In this document: piece by piece, positions 49,006 through 58,325 of the stretch
Position numbering within the stretch: the first letter of the stretch is position 1
How the letters are laid out: the number at the start of each line of letters is the position of its first letter
NCBI GenBank assembly: GCA_963755715.1
Contig: CAVWLW010000001.1
Location: 96,001-160,000, forward strand
Direction of reading: 5' to 3'
DNA from: an uncultured delta proteobacterium
GTDB lineage: Bacteria > Desulfobacterota > Binatia > UBA9968
DNA: 64,000 nt
The notes under the pieces: model-generated
Database searches by the model: none
Told to the model about the DNA's origin: nothing
What the model saw: the letters and a program-made list of their open reading frames with translations, nothing else
Program-made: the position numbers and the translations under genes

Positions 49006-49458
49006 TCAATTCGTCAACGATTCTTGATTGAGCTTGCGCAACAGCGCGGAGAGTTCTTTCTGTTCTGGACCAGCGAGTATTGTGAAGATTTTCGAGACGC
49101 TCGATTCAAAAAGGGGAATCGTACTCTTGTACACCTTGGCCCCTTTGTCGGTCAGCACCACATGCACGACGCGGCGGTCATTTTCGTCGCGCTTGCGCGT
49201 GACCAGCTTTTTCTCTTCGAGACGGTCGACAATGCCGGTGAGATTGCTGACGGTGACCATCATTTTTGCGCCGATCTCGCCGAAGGGCAGTCCACCGGCG
49301 TAGCCGATCGTCGCCAACACGTAAAACTGTGGCGACGTGAGGCCAACTTTGTCTAAATCAGCTTCCAGTTTTTTGTGCGATTGCAGGCTGAAGCGAAGAA
49401 AACGGATCCAAAGGCTAGTTGCATAAGATGTGAAGAACGGACGTTTGTAAACTCTCAC
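49006..49458 (-). CDS. MarR-family transcriptional regulator
   Basis: LTSPQFYVL, SNLTGIVDRLEEK.LV.R...E.DRR....LT.KG. Confidence 0.92.
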   Translation of the reverse strand: MRVYKRPFFTSYATSLWIRFLRFSLQSHKKLEADLDKVGLTSPQFYVLATIGYAGGLPFGEIGAKMMVTVSNLTGIVDRLEEKKLVTRKRDENDRRVVHVVLTDKGAKVYKSTIPLFESSVSKIFTILAGPEQKELSALLRKLNQESLTN

Positions 49459-49612
49459 GCTTTGCACTTTATTCGCACGGCCACTAAAAAGCAACTTCGT
49501 TGGCGCGAGCGCGCGTTCAATAATTATGGACCGGCCCATTTCATTGCAAGCCGTGCGACCGAGTGTTAATGAGTGCAAAAAGAGATCGCTGGCGAGGAAC
49601 TGATAAAGCGCG

Positions 49613-50344
49613 ATGAGACTGCATATTCTCGGTTGCGGCGACGCCTTCGGCAGCGGCGGACGCAACCAAAGTGGCTACCTGATCGAGGCCGCTGACCGGT
49701 TGTTTCTCTTGGACTGCGGTCCAACTACGTTGCCGGCGATGAAGCGCGCCGCCATCGAACCGCGCCGTCTGGATGCGATCCTGCTAAGCCATCTGCACGG
49801 CGATCACTTCGGCGGCGTGCCATTTTTTTTAATCGAATATCTTTATCACAAACCACCGCACAGCCCACTAACGATCGCCGGTCCGCCCGGAACAGAAGAA
49901 CGGGTCCGCCAACTGTTCGACCTGATGTACGGCGGCGCCAAGGAAACGCCGTTCCTCCGTTTCCAAGTTTTGACTCCCGAAAAACTGCAGAGCGTCAAGG
50001 ACATCGAGGTTTTTCCATTTCGCGTGCCGCATCAAATGAATGACATTTCACTCGGGCTGAAGGTCGCTTACCAAGGCAAGCAGATCCTTTTTTCCGGCGA
50101 TTCGGCATGGACCGATTTGTTCATCGAGCACGCACGCGACACCGATCTGTTTCTGTGCGAGTGTTCTTTTTATCACGAGGAGCCGGGCATGCACGTGAAT
50201 TACCAGATCCTGCGGTCAAACCTGGCGCGCTTGGCATGCAAGAAGCTTGTGCTCACCCATCTCGGCGAGGACATGCTCGCGCGCGCCGAGAATTTGGACG
50301 CAAGGCTGACCGTGGCAAAAGATGGAATGGTGATCGAGGTCTAA
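49613..50344 (+). CDS. MBL-fold metallohydrolase (RNase Z-like)
   Basis: LGCGDAFGSGGR, LDCG, SHLHGDHFGG, SGDS, LTH. Confidence 0.88.
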   Translation: MRLHILGCGDAFGSGGRNQSGYLIEAADRLFLLDCGPTTLPAMKRAAIEPRRLDAILLSHLHGDHFGGVPFFLIEYLYHKPPHSPLTIAGPPGTEERVRQLFDLMYGGAKETPFLRFQVLTPEKLQSVKDIEVFPFRVPHQMNDISLGLKVAYQGKQILFSGDSAWTDLFIEHARDTDLFLCECSFYHEEPGMHVNYQILRSNLARLACKKLVLTHLGEDMLARAENLDARLTVAKDGMVIEV

Positions 50345-50349
50345 GGGAC

Positions 50350-51606
50350 TTAACTTGGATCGCCGCGCGACGATGGCGCCGCCTGAACCGGCAGGATCAT
50401 GACCCGATGTCCGCTTTTGCTGAGAATCTCTTGAGCCGTTTCCTGCGCCGCGACTAATTCTCGGTAGGGACCCAGGCGCACCCGGTAGGCGGTTTCGCTG
50501 GGTTTGACTAGAGTCTGTTCGACAAAAGCGTCAAAGCCTTTTTCATTTATCTGCCGTAACAAGATCTCCGCCCGAGCTCTCTCGCGGAACGATCCCACCT
50601 GTAAGATGAAACCGTCGGTTGGTTGGGCCAGATCTTTTTCCGTTGACGGCGCGCCGAGCGCTGACAGACGATCGCCCCGGACGCCTACCTGCTGCTCGCT
50701 CGACGTTGCCTTGCCGGCGGGCAGCGATGGCGCTTTCAAGCTATCAAAATTATCGAAGCCGTACTCTAAAAGGTGCTTGGTGTCGCCCCACTGATCGCGC
50801 GCGCCTAGAATGGCGACGATCAATGTCGTGCCATTCCGTTGCACGGCGCCGACGAAGCATTTTTGTGCGGCGTGGGTATAGCCGGTTTTGCCGCCGAGGG
50901 CGCCGTCAAAATTCCACAACAAGCGATTATGGTTGCGCACGGAAATCCTCCGCGGCACGACTTTCTTGCGCACCACGGCCGTGGTGCTAACGGAGCTGAA
51001 CTTAGTTTGGACGATCTCGCGAAAAGTCGCGTTTTTCATCGCGTAGCGAAATATGATGGCCAGATCTTTCGCGCTCGAATAGTGATCCGCCGCCGTGAGG
51101 CCGTGGGGATTGGTAAAATTGCTGTTGGTGGCGCCGATGTCGTGCGCTTTCTTGGTCATCAGCTCGGCAAATCGCTCCACAGAGCCGGCAATGCCTTCAG
51201 CCAAGACCATGCTGGCATCATTGGCCGATGCCAGCATAATTCCATAAAGCAATTCTTGAATGCTTAAGGATTGACCGGGCTGCAAATAAAGCTTTGACGC
51301 GGGAACGCGGGTCGCTTCTTTGGAAACCGGCAAGGTTTCTTGGAAACTTCGACCGCTTTCCAAGGTCAGGATCGCCGTCATAACTTTAGTTGTACTCGCC
51401 GGCGGTAGGCGAAGATCGGGCTCTTTTTGATAGAGGATTTTACCCGTGGCCGCGTCCATCAAGACCGCGGCGCGGGCTGTTAGATCTTCATCGGGGGCAA
51501 AAGCCCAAGTTGAATCGACAGGCGTGGTAAAAAAGAGAATGGTGAGAACCAAACCAAACGAAATCGAATCCGGAAAACCCAGCCGAATTGCCAGTCTCTG
51601 TAACAT
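50350..51606 (-). CDS. D-Ala-D-Ala carboxypeptidase (S11) with C-terminal SPOR domain
   Basis: ASTTK, SAND, NPHGL, KTG; LQVGSF...YRVRLGP. Confidence 0.9.
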   Translation of the reverse strand: MLQRLAIRLGFPDSISFGLVLTILFFTTPVDSTWAFAPDEDLTARAAVLMDAATGKILYQKEPDLRLPPASTTKVMTAILTLESGRSFQETLPVSKEATRVPASKLYLQPGQSLSIQELLYGIMLASANDASMVLAEGIAGSVERFAELMTKKAHDIGATNSNFTNPHGLTAADHYSSAKDLAIIFRYAMKNATFREIVQTKFSSVSTTAVVRKKVVPRRISVRNHNRLLWNFDGALGGKTGYTHAAQKCFVGAVQRNGTTLIVAILGARDQWGDTKHLLEYGFDNFDSLKAPSLPAGKATSSEQQVGVRGDRLSALGAPSTEKDLAQPTDGFILQVGSFRERARAEILLRQINEKGFDAFVEQTLVKPSETAYRVRLGPYRELVAAQETAQEILSKSGHRVMILPVQAAPSSRGDPS

Positions 51607-51841
51607 TCTAAATAAAGTCACCCAACGTCAAATTTAGAAAAATAAAATTGCTGGAATTCTAACACGCTTTTATATTTAAGAATAGTATTACTTGATTTAA
51701 TTCGCTTTGAGCGGCCCATTTTGCGTTCAAGTGTGGGGGAACTTCGTGCCGAAAGTAAACCACTCTCGATTATCCAATGAGAAGGCCGACAGGCGACATC
51801 GGGTGGAGTAAAGTGGCTAACGACTTTTCCCAACCAGTCCG

Positions 51842-52021
51842 CTATTTCTTTGTCGGAGTCACGCCTTGGCGCGAAAGCTCACGGTCGGCGCCGGCACTGG
51901 TGCGCGCCTGTTCACCCAGCGCTTCGCGGCGGATTCGGTCTTGGCAAACTTCACAGATGCCGCCTTTCAAATTCTCACTCTCCTTAGCGCACACCATGCA
52001 TCTTTTTTTCGTTTCAGTCAT
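51842..52021 (-). CDS. Small CxxC-CxxC zinc-binding protein (59 aa, below ORF-track cutoff)
   Basis: MTETKKRCMVCAKESENLKGGICEVCQDRIRREALGEQ...; GGAAAGG RBS. Confidence 0.7.
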   Translation of the reverse strand: MTETKKRCMVCAKESENLKGGICEVCQDRIRREALGEQARTSAGADRELSRQGVTPTKK

Positions 52022-52054
52022 AAGCGTTGCCTTTCCGCACTTGCTCCGTTCGCC

Positions 52055-52588
52055 TCAATCGACCAGCTTAATCTGCTTGGGATGTTCGAGGATCACCTCC
52101 AGGCCATATTGCGGGTGATCTTTAATAAATCCGGTCAATTCCACTTCGCGGTTTTCAAAATTCTTTGGCTGCTGCTTACTTTTTTCGAAAAGCTCGGTGA
52201 CGGAGCCAAAAATCACCGCCGTCAGGGCTTCGCGTGAAGGTCCGAAATTAAGAAAATAGGTGTTGCTCTTGGCCGAATGGCCGACGCGAAATACTCGGCC
52301 GCGGATGCGTGCTTGTCGGCCCGTCAAGCCGCGAATTTTTTCCACCTCGCGCGCCGCGAGCAGCGGCAAGTCGGCGAGAGTGTCCTCGGGGACGGCAGCG
52401 AAGGGAACAAAGCTCACTCGATGGATGGCCGACGCGCCGTCGTTCGTCGGAGCGGAAATGTCCGCATTCGTTATCGATTGCTGTATTTCGGAGGCCGGGT
52501 TCCAACGTTGATAGAGCACGTGGGTCAAAAAGCCGGCAAAAAATGCCAGCAGGACGACGCCAGCGCTAGCGGAAGTGGATCGTTTCAC
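52055..52588 (-). CDS. Membrane-anchored OB-fold nucleic-acid-binding-like protein
   Basis: TM helix; IRGRV..V, FLNFG, TAVIF, VELTG.I..H....EVIL..P.QI. Confidence 0.7.
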   Translation of the reverse strand: MKRSTSASAGVVLLAFFAGFLTHVLYQRWNPASEIQQSITNADISAPTNDGASAIHRVSFVPFAAVPEDTLADLPLLAAREVEKIRGLTGRQARIRGRVFRVGHSAKSNTYFLNFGPSREALTAVIFGSVTELFEKSKQQPKNFENREVELTGFIKDHPQYGLEVILEHPKQIKLVD

Positions 52589-53127
52589 GGCTTCCGCTCC
52601 CAGAGCTGCACGAACGCCTTGCGATATTCCTCGGCGAGCGGACCGGCGTCGCGAAAGAGCAGCAGATTTTCATCGTTGGAACTTTCCGCGGCGTAAGTCC
52701 AATTATAGGAGCCGGCAAAGACGATCTTTCGGTCGATGACGGCGAATTTCTGGTGCATCAGACCCGCGTCTTTTTCTCGGTTATTGGCTTTGTTGCCGGA
52801 GATTCGCCGCAGCGGGATTTTCTGCGCATCGAGAAACTTGCCTTTGGATTTTTCATTGGCGAGATCGAATTCCCGATCGATCACGACTTGGACGCCGACC
52901 CCGCGCTTTTTTGCCTGCACCAGGGCGCTTGCCAAATCATCGCTGGTAAAAGCGTAGACCGCGACCAGCAATTCTTTCTTGGCGGCTTCGATTTCGCGCA
53001 GAATATGCGCCGCACATTTACCCTGCGGACTGAAGCAGGCTTGTACGACCATGTCGGCGCCGGCCGTGTGATCAAAGAGCACCGCGCCGTAAAGCCAAAG
53101 CGCCACCGCGAAGATCGTTTTTTTCAT
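52585..53127 (-). CDS. Exported phospholipase D-family nuclease (Nuc/Zucchini-like, single HKD)
   Basis: Signal peptide, FSP, VYAFT, MHQKFAVID...GSYNWT..A...NDEN. Confidence 0.88.
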   Translation of the reverse strand: MKKTIFAVALWLYGAVLFDHTAGADMVVQACFSPQGKCAAHILREIEAAKKELLVAVYAFTSDDLASALVQAKKRGVGVQVVIDREFDLANEKSKGKFLDAQKIPLRRISGNKANNREKDAGLMHQKFAVIDRKIVFAGSYNWTYAAESSNDENLLLFRDAGPLAEEYRKAFVQLWERKP

Positions 53128-54479
53128 GTCCCGGTCGGCGCTTGGTTTCGCTCGCCGGCTTTGCGTGCCCGCAGGCACATGCCGAGGATCAATCGCTCGA
53201 GCACCAGCCGCGGCTGATTGCCGCTCGATTTGAGCCGGTAGTCCGCGGCAAACAATTGTTCCATGTGAGAACGCAACTCGCCGAGCGAGAACCGCTCCGC
53301 CCGCTGAAAACACATGTAATCCGCGTAGGGGTTACGGGTGATGAGGGGAGAGCCCTGTTTTAACACCGTTTGCTGAAACTGCTGATAGCTCATGCCGCGC
53401 TTCCAAAGCTTCGTCAGCTCCGTCGTCTGAAGTTGGCGCGCTGCCAGCAAGCGCCGCGTTTCGCTTGCGATCGTGCCCAAAATTTTCAGCGCCGGTTCTC
53501 CCTGAGCCAGCAAACGCGCCAGCTGCGAAAGCGCCGTCGCCGCATTGCGCTCGCCGAGGGCGCGGGTGAGATCAAAAATCCACCCTTCACCGTGATCCGC
53601 GACGACCGCCTCTACGTCCTCGACTCGAATCGTCGGTCGCTCGCCGACAAACAGCAACAGTTTCTCGATCTCCTGGCGCAGCTCACGCAGGTCTTCGCCG
53701 GCCCTCGCAAGAATCGTTTCGCGCGCTTGAGGATCGAGCGCTTTGTCCGCCTGGGCGATGCGTTGGCCGACAAAGTCTATCAAACTCTCGCGGCTCACTT
53801 TGCCGGTGCGGTCGCGCTCGAGACCGAGAAAAAGCACCGCGCCAAGCTCTTCGAAACGCTTATAGAGCCGGGTGCGCCGATCGACCTGCACCGCCGTGAG
53901 CAATAAAAAACTCCACTCGGGCGGTGCCTCATCCAAAAGCGCCCCGAGTCTGTGGTCTTCGGCGCTTTTGCGCTTGGTCAAATCATAGTCGCAGGATTTG
54001 CAGTACGCTACCAAGGCTCCGACGGCTTCGCTGCCGTCGTCGGCGTCGAACAAATCCAAAAGCGGCTTGGGCGACTCCAGGCGCGCCCATTGCTCTTGAG
54101 TCCAGCCCTCGATAGTCAATAGGTCGATCAGTAGCTTGGCGGCCCCATCTCTCTTGCCATCGCGCCAGAGTTCGAGAATTTTTTCGCTGAGCTCGCCCTT
54201 TTGCTCCCGCGAAAAAAAATAGGGCGCGTTTTCGATCCACAGGAGCTTCTTTCCCGGAAAAAACGGCGGCGTCATCAGCGAAGCTTCGATTTGTTCCCAA
54301 CTCGCCGTGCGGCCGTCGAAGCGCTCGAGGTTAAATCCCCTCTGTTCTACCGGGACCAGTTGATCGAGAATTGCTTTGCAGGTCTCTTCGACTTGCAGAT
54401 CATCGCCGAAAACAAGCAAGAGCCGCGGCGCTTTATCGGTCCGCAAATTCGCAAGGAAGGTTTTTAAGTCGGGTTTCAC
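53124..54479 (-). CDS. holA: DNA polymerase III delta subunit (with internal insertion)
   Basis: LLLVFGDD, FNLERFDG, TPPFF...K, QEIEKL..F, IFDL..A, D..LKSS....LERL. Confidence 0.8.
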   Translation of the reverse strand: MKPDLKTFLANLRTDKAPRLLLVFGDDLQVEETCKAILDQLVPVEQRGFNLERFDGRTASWEQIEASLMTPPFFPGKKLLWIENAPYFFSREQKGELSEKILELWRDGKRDGAAKLLIDLLTIEGWTQEQWARLESPKPLLDLFDADDGSEAVGALVAYCKSCDYDLTKRKSAEDHRLGALLDEAPPEWSFLLLTAVQVDRRTRLYKRFEELGAVLFLGLERDRTGKVSRESLIDFVGQRIAQADKALDPQARETILARAGEDLRELRQEIEKLLLFVGERPTIRVEDVEAVVADHGEGWIFDLTRALGERNAATALSQLARLLAQGEPALKILGTIASETRRLLAARQLQTTELTKLWKRGMSYQQFQQTVLKQGSPLITRNPYADYMCFQRAERFSLGELRSHMEQLFAADYRLKSSGNQPRLVLERLILGMCLRARKAGERNQAPTGT

Positions 54480-54558
54480 GATCGGTAGAAAACTTGCCAG
54501 CGCGTCATTCCGTTTTTATCGAGGAAACGCTCATGGCAGAACGGCCCGAAAGAACGCG

Positions 54559-54798
54559 TCATGATTGATATTTCGCTACCCACATTTGATTTTTTTCGTT
54601 CCAGGCATAGTCCGATCTCCAAACCTTCAACCCGATGGTATACTTGCCGCCGGACTTAGTAACAAAGATCCTCTCGTTCGAATGAGGAATCTCGGTGCGG
54701 GCAATGATCATGACTTTTTTCGAGATTCCCTTGTTGATGAGAATCCGATCGCCCTCGCGCATGGTCACGCGATTTTCCCTTTTCCGCTTTGGGTTCAT
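54559..54798 (-). CDS. Small hypothetical protein
   Basis: 79-aa basic ORF upstream of holA. Confidence 0.5.
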   Translation of the reverse strand: MNPKRKRENRVTMREGDRILINKGISKKVMIIARTEIPHSNERIFVTKSGGKYTIGLKVWRSDYAWNEKNQMWVAKYQS

Positions 54799-54975
54799 GC
54801 GCCAAAACTACCACTGCCGAATTCATCAGGCAAATAACTTTCCTCGTGCTCGAATGGCGCGACATCGCCGTGCACTAGCTTTGGCTACTCCGATCGCCAA
54901 AGCACCCGCTCAGCTTGACATTCCGTCGTACCTCCGATAGCTCTCCGTAAAATCCCCGGTCGCCGGCGATCCGCG

Positions 54976-55971
54976 ATGAATATCGATGTCCATGCTCACT
55001 ATGTGCCGTCGGACAGCTTGAAGATGGCCGCCGAAATCGGCGCGCGCCATGGTCTGAAGCTTTCCAAGAACGAGCGCGGCCGTGATGTGCTGACCCGTGA
55101 CGGCAAAGCCTTCTTGAGCCAACTCAAAGCCGAGTTTTCCGATCTCGATCTGCGGCTTTCGATTATGGATCAACAAGGCGTGGACATGCAGGTTTTGTCG
55201 CCCGCCGGTTCATATTTTTTCTACTGGATGGCGGCCGCCGAGTCACTCGAATATGCCCGTTGGTTCAATGACCGCTCCGCCGAGGCCGTCGCCAAACATC
55301 CGCGCCGCTTTGTGGCTCTGGCCTCGGTGCCGCTGCAAGACAGCGCGCGCGCCGCGGCGGAGTTGGAACGGGCGATGACCCAACTGGGACTGCGCGGCGC
55401 TGAGATCGCTTCGAACATCAATGGCCGTTATCTCGACGATCCCGCCTTCGATCCATTCTGGGAAGCGGCGCAAGCGCTTGACGCCGTGCTTTTTGTCCAT
55501 CCGAACCAGGTGGTCGGGGCCGAGCGCATGAGGGATTACAATCTGGCCAATCTGATCGGCAATCCGACCGACACCTCGTTGGCCTTTGCCAAGTTGATCT
55601 TCGGCGGTGTCTTGGAGCGCTTTCCCCGCCTCAAGTTTTTGCTGGCCCACGGCGGCGGGTTTTTGCCTTATACCTGGGGCCGGCTTGACCGCGGCTATCG
55701 CATTCAGAACTCGTCGAGCGCGAGAATTTCCAAACCGCCGTCGGAGTATGTTAAGTTACTGTACTTCGACACAATCACGCATAGCCCGATGGCTCTGGAA
55801 TATTTGATCACGAACTTCGGCGCCGAGCATGTGCTGCTCGGCAGCGACTACCCCTATGACATGGGCGATCCCGAGCCGGTCGGATCGCTGGCCGCGGCGA
55901 GAATCGAGCGCGCGCAAATAACCGAAGTGGCCGGCGCCAACGCTTGTCAACTTTTCCGCATCGGTATTTAA
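54976..55971 (+). CDS. Amidohydrolase_2 family (ACMSD-like decarboxylase/hydratase)
   Basis: IDVHAH, FVHP, AHGGG.LP...GR, GSDYPYDM. Confidence 0.88.
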   Translation: MNIDVHAHYVPSDSLKMAAEIGARHGLKLSKNERGRDVLTRDGKAFLSQLKAEFSDLDLRLSIMDQQGVDMQVLSPAGSYFFYWMAAAESLEYARWFNDRSAEAVAKHPRRFVALASVPLQDSARAAAELERAMTQLGLRGAEIASNINGRYLDDPAFDPFWEAAQALDAVLFVHPNQVVGAERMRDYNLANLIGNPTDTSLAFAKLIFGGVLERFPRLKFLLAHGGGFLPYTWGRLDRGYRIQNSSSARISKPPSEYVKLLYFDTITHSPMALEYLITNFGAEHVLLGSDYPYDMGDPEPVGSLAAARIERAQITEVAGANACQLFRIGI

Positions 55972-55998
55972 GCAAAACTCTTCTACCCGGAGGCACGC

Positions 55999-56943
55999 AT
56001 GCGATTTGTCACCTTCTCGCGCAAGAACCAACAGCGACTCGGACTGATGGGCCCGCAAGAGCAGATCATCGATCTTGCCGAGGTCAACCGGCGTTACCTA
56101 AAGGGCGGCAATGCGCCTTTTCTCGCCAGCATGCAGGCATTTATCGAAGCCGGCGCCAAAGCGGTGCAAGTCGCGCGTAAAGCCGAAAAGTACGTCGCTG
56201 GCAAGAACAGCGACGAGCAGAAAAAACTCGTCGGTGTCGGCGCGCTGGTGAAGCCGACCCAAGCAAAGATCATCGCGCCAATTCCTCAGCCTAAGAAAAA
56301 TTGCGTCATGCTCGGGATCAACTATAAAGAGCACGTCGATGAAGGCGCGCGCGCGCGTTCACTGGAAATCAAATATCCCGAGTGGCCGGTTTTTTTCACC
56401 AAGCCGGCGACCTCCGTAATCGGCCAGCAGGGCAAAGTGATCAATCATAAATGCACGACCAAACTCGACTGGGAGGTCGAGCTGGCCGTCGTGATGGGCC
56501 GAAGAGGCCGCGATATAGCGAAAGACAAAGCCTACGATTACGTATTCGGTTATACGGTCTGTCTCGACATGACCGCGCGCGAGCTACAACGTCAGCACGG
56601 CCAGTGGTTCAAGGGAAAATCGCTCGACACTTTCTGTCCTCTCGGTCCCTGGATCGTGCACAAGAGTGCTCTGCCCGACCCGCAGCAAGTCCGTCTCATC
56701 TGCCGCGTGAACGGCGAAGTCATGCAAGATGGCAACACGCGTGACATGATTTTTGATATTCCGACGATCATCGAGAGCTTGTCCTCGGGCATGACGCTCG
56801 AGCCCGGCGATATCATCAGCACCGGCACGCCCTCGGGCGTTGGTTTTGCGCGGGTGCCGCCGGTATTTCTCAAACCCGGCGATAAAGTCGAGGGCGACGT
56901 CGAAGGCATCGGCAACTTGCAAGTGGAAATCGTCGCTCCATAG
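55999..56943 (+). CDS. Fumarylacetoacetate hydrolase family protein
   Basis: G.NY.EH, FTKP, DWEVEL, D.TAR, GKSLD, TGTPSGVG. Confidence 0.92.
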   Translation: MRFVTFSRKNQQRLGLMGPQEQIIDLAEVNRRYLKGGNAPFLASMQAFIEAGAKAVQVARKAEKYVAGKNSDEQKKLVGVGALVKPTQAKIIAPIPQPKKNCVMLGINYKEHVDEGARARSLEIKYPEWPVFFTKPATSVIGQQGKVINHKCTTKLDWEVELAVVMGRRGRDIAKDKAYDYVFGYTVCLDMTARELQRQHGQWFKGKSLDTFCPLGPWIVHKSALPDPQQVRLICRVNGEVMQDGNTRDMIFDIPTIIESLSSGMTLEPGDIISTGTPSGVGFARVPPVFLKPGDKVEGDVEGIGNLQVEIVAP

Positions 56944-56962
56944 CCAAAAAATCGGGTGTCCT

Positions 56963-57808
56963 ATGACCTCGATCAGGCCCGCCGCCGTGGCCGGATCGTT
57001 CTATCCTGCCGGCGCTGACGAACTGAGCGCGTTGCTCGGTGACTGCTTCAACAAAAGTCCTCTGGGACCGCGCGGTGCTAAGGAGCCCGAAGCGTCGATT
57101 ATCGCCGGCTTGGTTCCCCACGCCGGCCCAATCTACTCAGGTCCTTGCGCGGCGCATTTGTACAGTTGCCTCCCTTCTTCCGTGCAGCGGATTATTTTGC
57201 TCGGCGTCAACCATCACGCGCGCGGCCACAAAGCGGCGCTGAGCCCTTGGTCACGCTGGCAAAGCCCGGCCAACGAGACTGTCGTCGACGATCGACTAGG
57301 CGATGATCTGCTCGCACGAGTGAAATTCCTGGCGCGCGACGCGGATGCTCACGCAGAAGAGCACAGCATCGAAATACAATTGCCGTTTCTCCATCGCGTG
57401 CTTGGAAAATTCGAGCTCGTGCCAATTTCGCTCTCGTATTTATCCATCGACGAATGCGCCGAGTTGGGCGGCGCGATTGCAGCAGCCTGCAAAGCTCAGG
57501 CGCCGGCAAATATTAAAACCACTATCTTGGCCAGCAGCGATCTGAGCCACTATCTTTCCCCAAGTAAAACCGACGAGCTCGATCGCTTGGCCCTGGATCA
57601 GGTTCTGCAAATGAACCCCGAAGGTCTGATGCGCGTCGTCGAAGACAACGACATTACCATGTGCGGCGTCCTGCCGACGGCGGTGATGCTTTTTGCCGCC
57701 CGTGGCCTCGGCGCCACTCAGGCGCGGTTGTTAAAACATTGCCACTCGGGCGAAGTAACGCCAATGCGCAAAGTCGTCGGCTATGCCAGCGTGGCGATAA
57801 ATCTTTGA
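56963..57808 (+). CDS. MEMO1 family protein (AmmeMemoRadiSam protein B)
   Basis: RPAAVAGSFYP, PHAG..YSG, EHSIE.QLPF, SSDLSHY, MCG, VVGYA. Confidence 0.92.
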   Translation: MTSIRPAAVAGSFYPAGADELSALLGDCFNKSPLGPRGAKEPEASIIAGLVPHAGPIYSGPCAAHLYSCLPSSVQRIILLGVNHHARGHKAALSPWSRWQSPANETVVDDRLGDDLLARVKFLARDADAHAEEHSIEIQLPFLHRVLGKFELVPISLSYLSIDECAELGGAIAAACKAQAPANIKTTILASSDLSHYLSPSKTDELDRLALDQVLQMNPEGLMRVVEDNDITMCGVLPTAVMLFAARGLGATQARLLKHCHSGEVTPMRKVVGYASVAINL

Positions 57809-57926
57809 CCGACTCGTGGACCGCTCTCCCATAAAGTCAGCCGCGCGACGAATTCGGCTTTTCCGAGGCGTAAAAGCTCGCGTGCAATTTGACTTGCCAG
57901 AATCGCTCTGTTAAGGGTGCTTTCGA

Positions 57927-58020
57927 TGCTAGGGGTGTCTGTCGTAGGCAGACTGAGAGCCTGACAAATCGCAGGTAACCCTTCGAACCTGATCCGGGTC
58001 GCACCGGCGTAGGGAAGCGT
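57927..58020 (+). ncRNA. TPP riboswitch aptamer
   Basis: GGGGTG...CTGAGA...ACCC..GAACCTGATCCGGGT...ACCGGCGTAGGGAAG consensus, upstream of thiS. Confidence 0.95.
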
Positions 58021-58063
58021 GAAAGTCAAAGTCCGGCGGTTTTACTACGGCCTGGACAAACTT

Positions 58064-58115
58064 AAACCGTATTCCCTGACCACTCACGCGTGGTCGCTGC
58101 GAATACGGTTTTTTT
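58064..58115 (+). terminator. Intrinsic terminator of the TPP riboswitch expression platform
   Basis: AAACCGTATTC / GAATACGGTTT stem followed by a T run; competing CGGTTT at about 58037. Confidence 0.75.
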
Positions 58116-58121
58116 ATTGAC

Positions 58122-58322
58122 GTGAAAATCAAAATCAACGGCGAAGAAAAAGAGATCGAGGACGGCCTAAGTATCGCGGGCCTGCTGGAAGAGCTGCAAA
58201 TTCGCCCGGCTCGAGTCGTCGTGGAACACAATCGCCACATCGTTGCGCGTGACGCTTATGGCGCAACCCTGCTGGCGGAAGGCGATGCATTGGAAGTCGT
58301 CCACTTCGTCGGCGGAGGATAG
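58122..58322 (+). CDS. thiS: Sulfur carrier protein ThiS
   Basis: INGE start, C-terminal FVGGG. Confidence 0.95.
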   Translation: MKIKINGEEKEIEDGLSIAGLLEELQIRPARVVVEHNRHIVARDAYGATLLAEGDALEVVHFVGGG

Positions 58323-58325
58323 ATC

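Noticed and set aside
42816-49458. Reading the operon as plain methionine salvage
   Set aside because: There are no mtnC/mtnD/mtnW/mtnX or RuBisCO-like genes, MtnA and the phosphorylase motifs are remodelled, and the SCP2, ligase and CCG parts would be unexplained. It is not fully excluded without assays.
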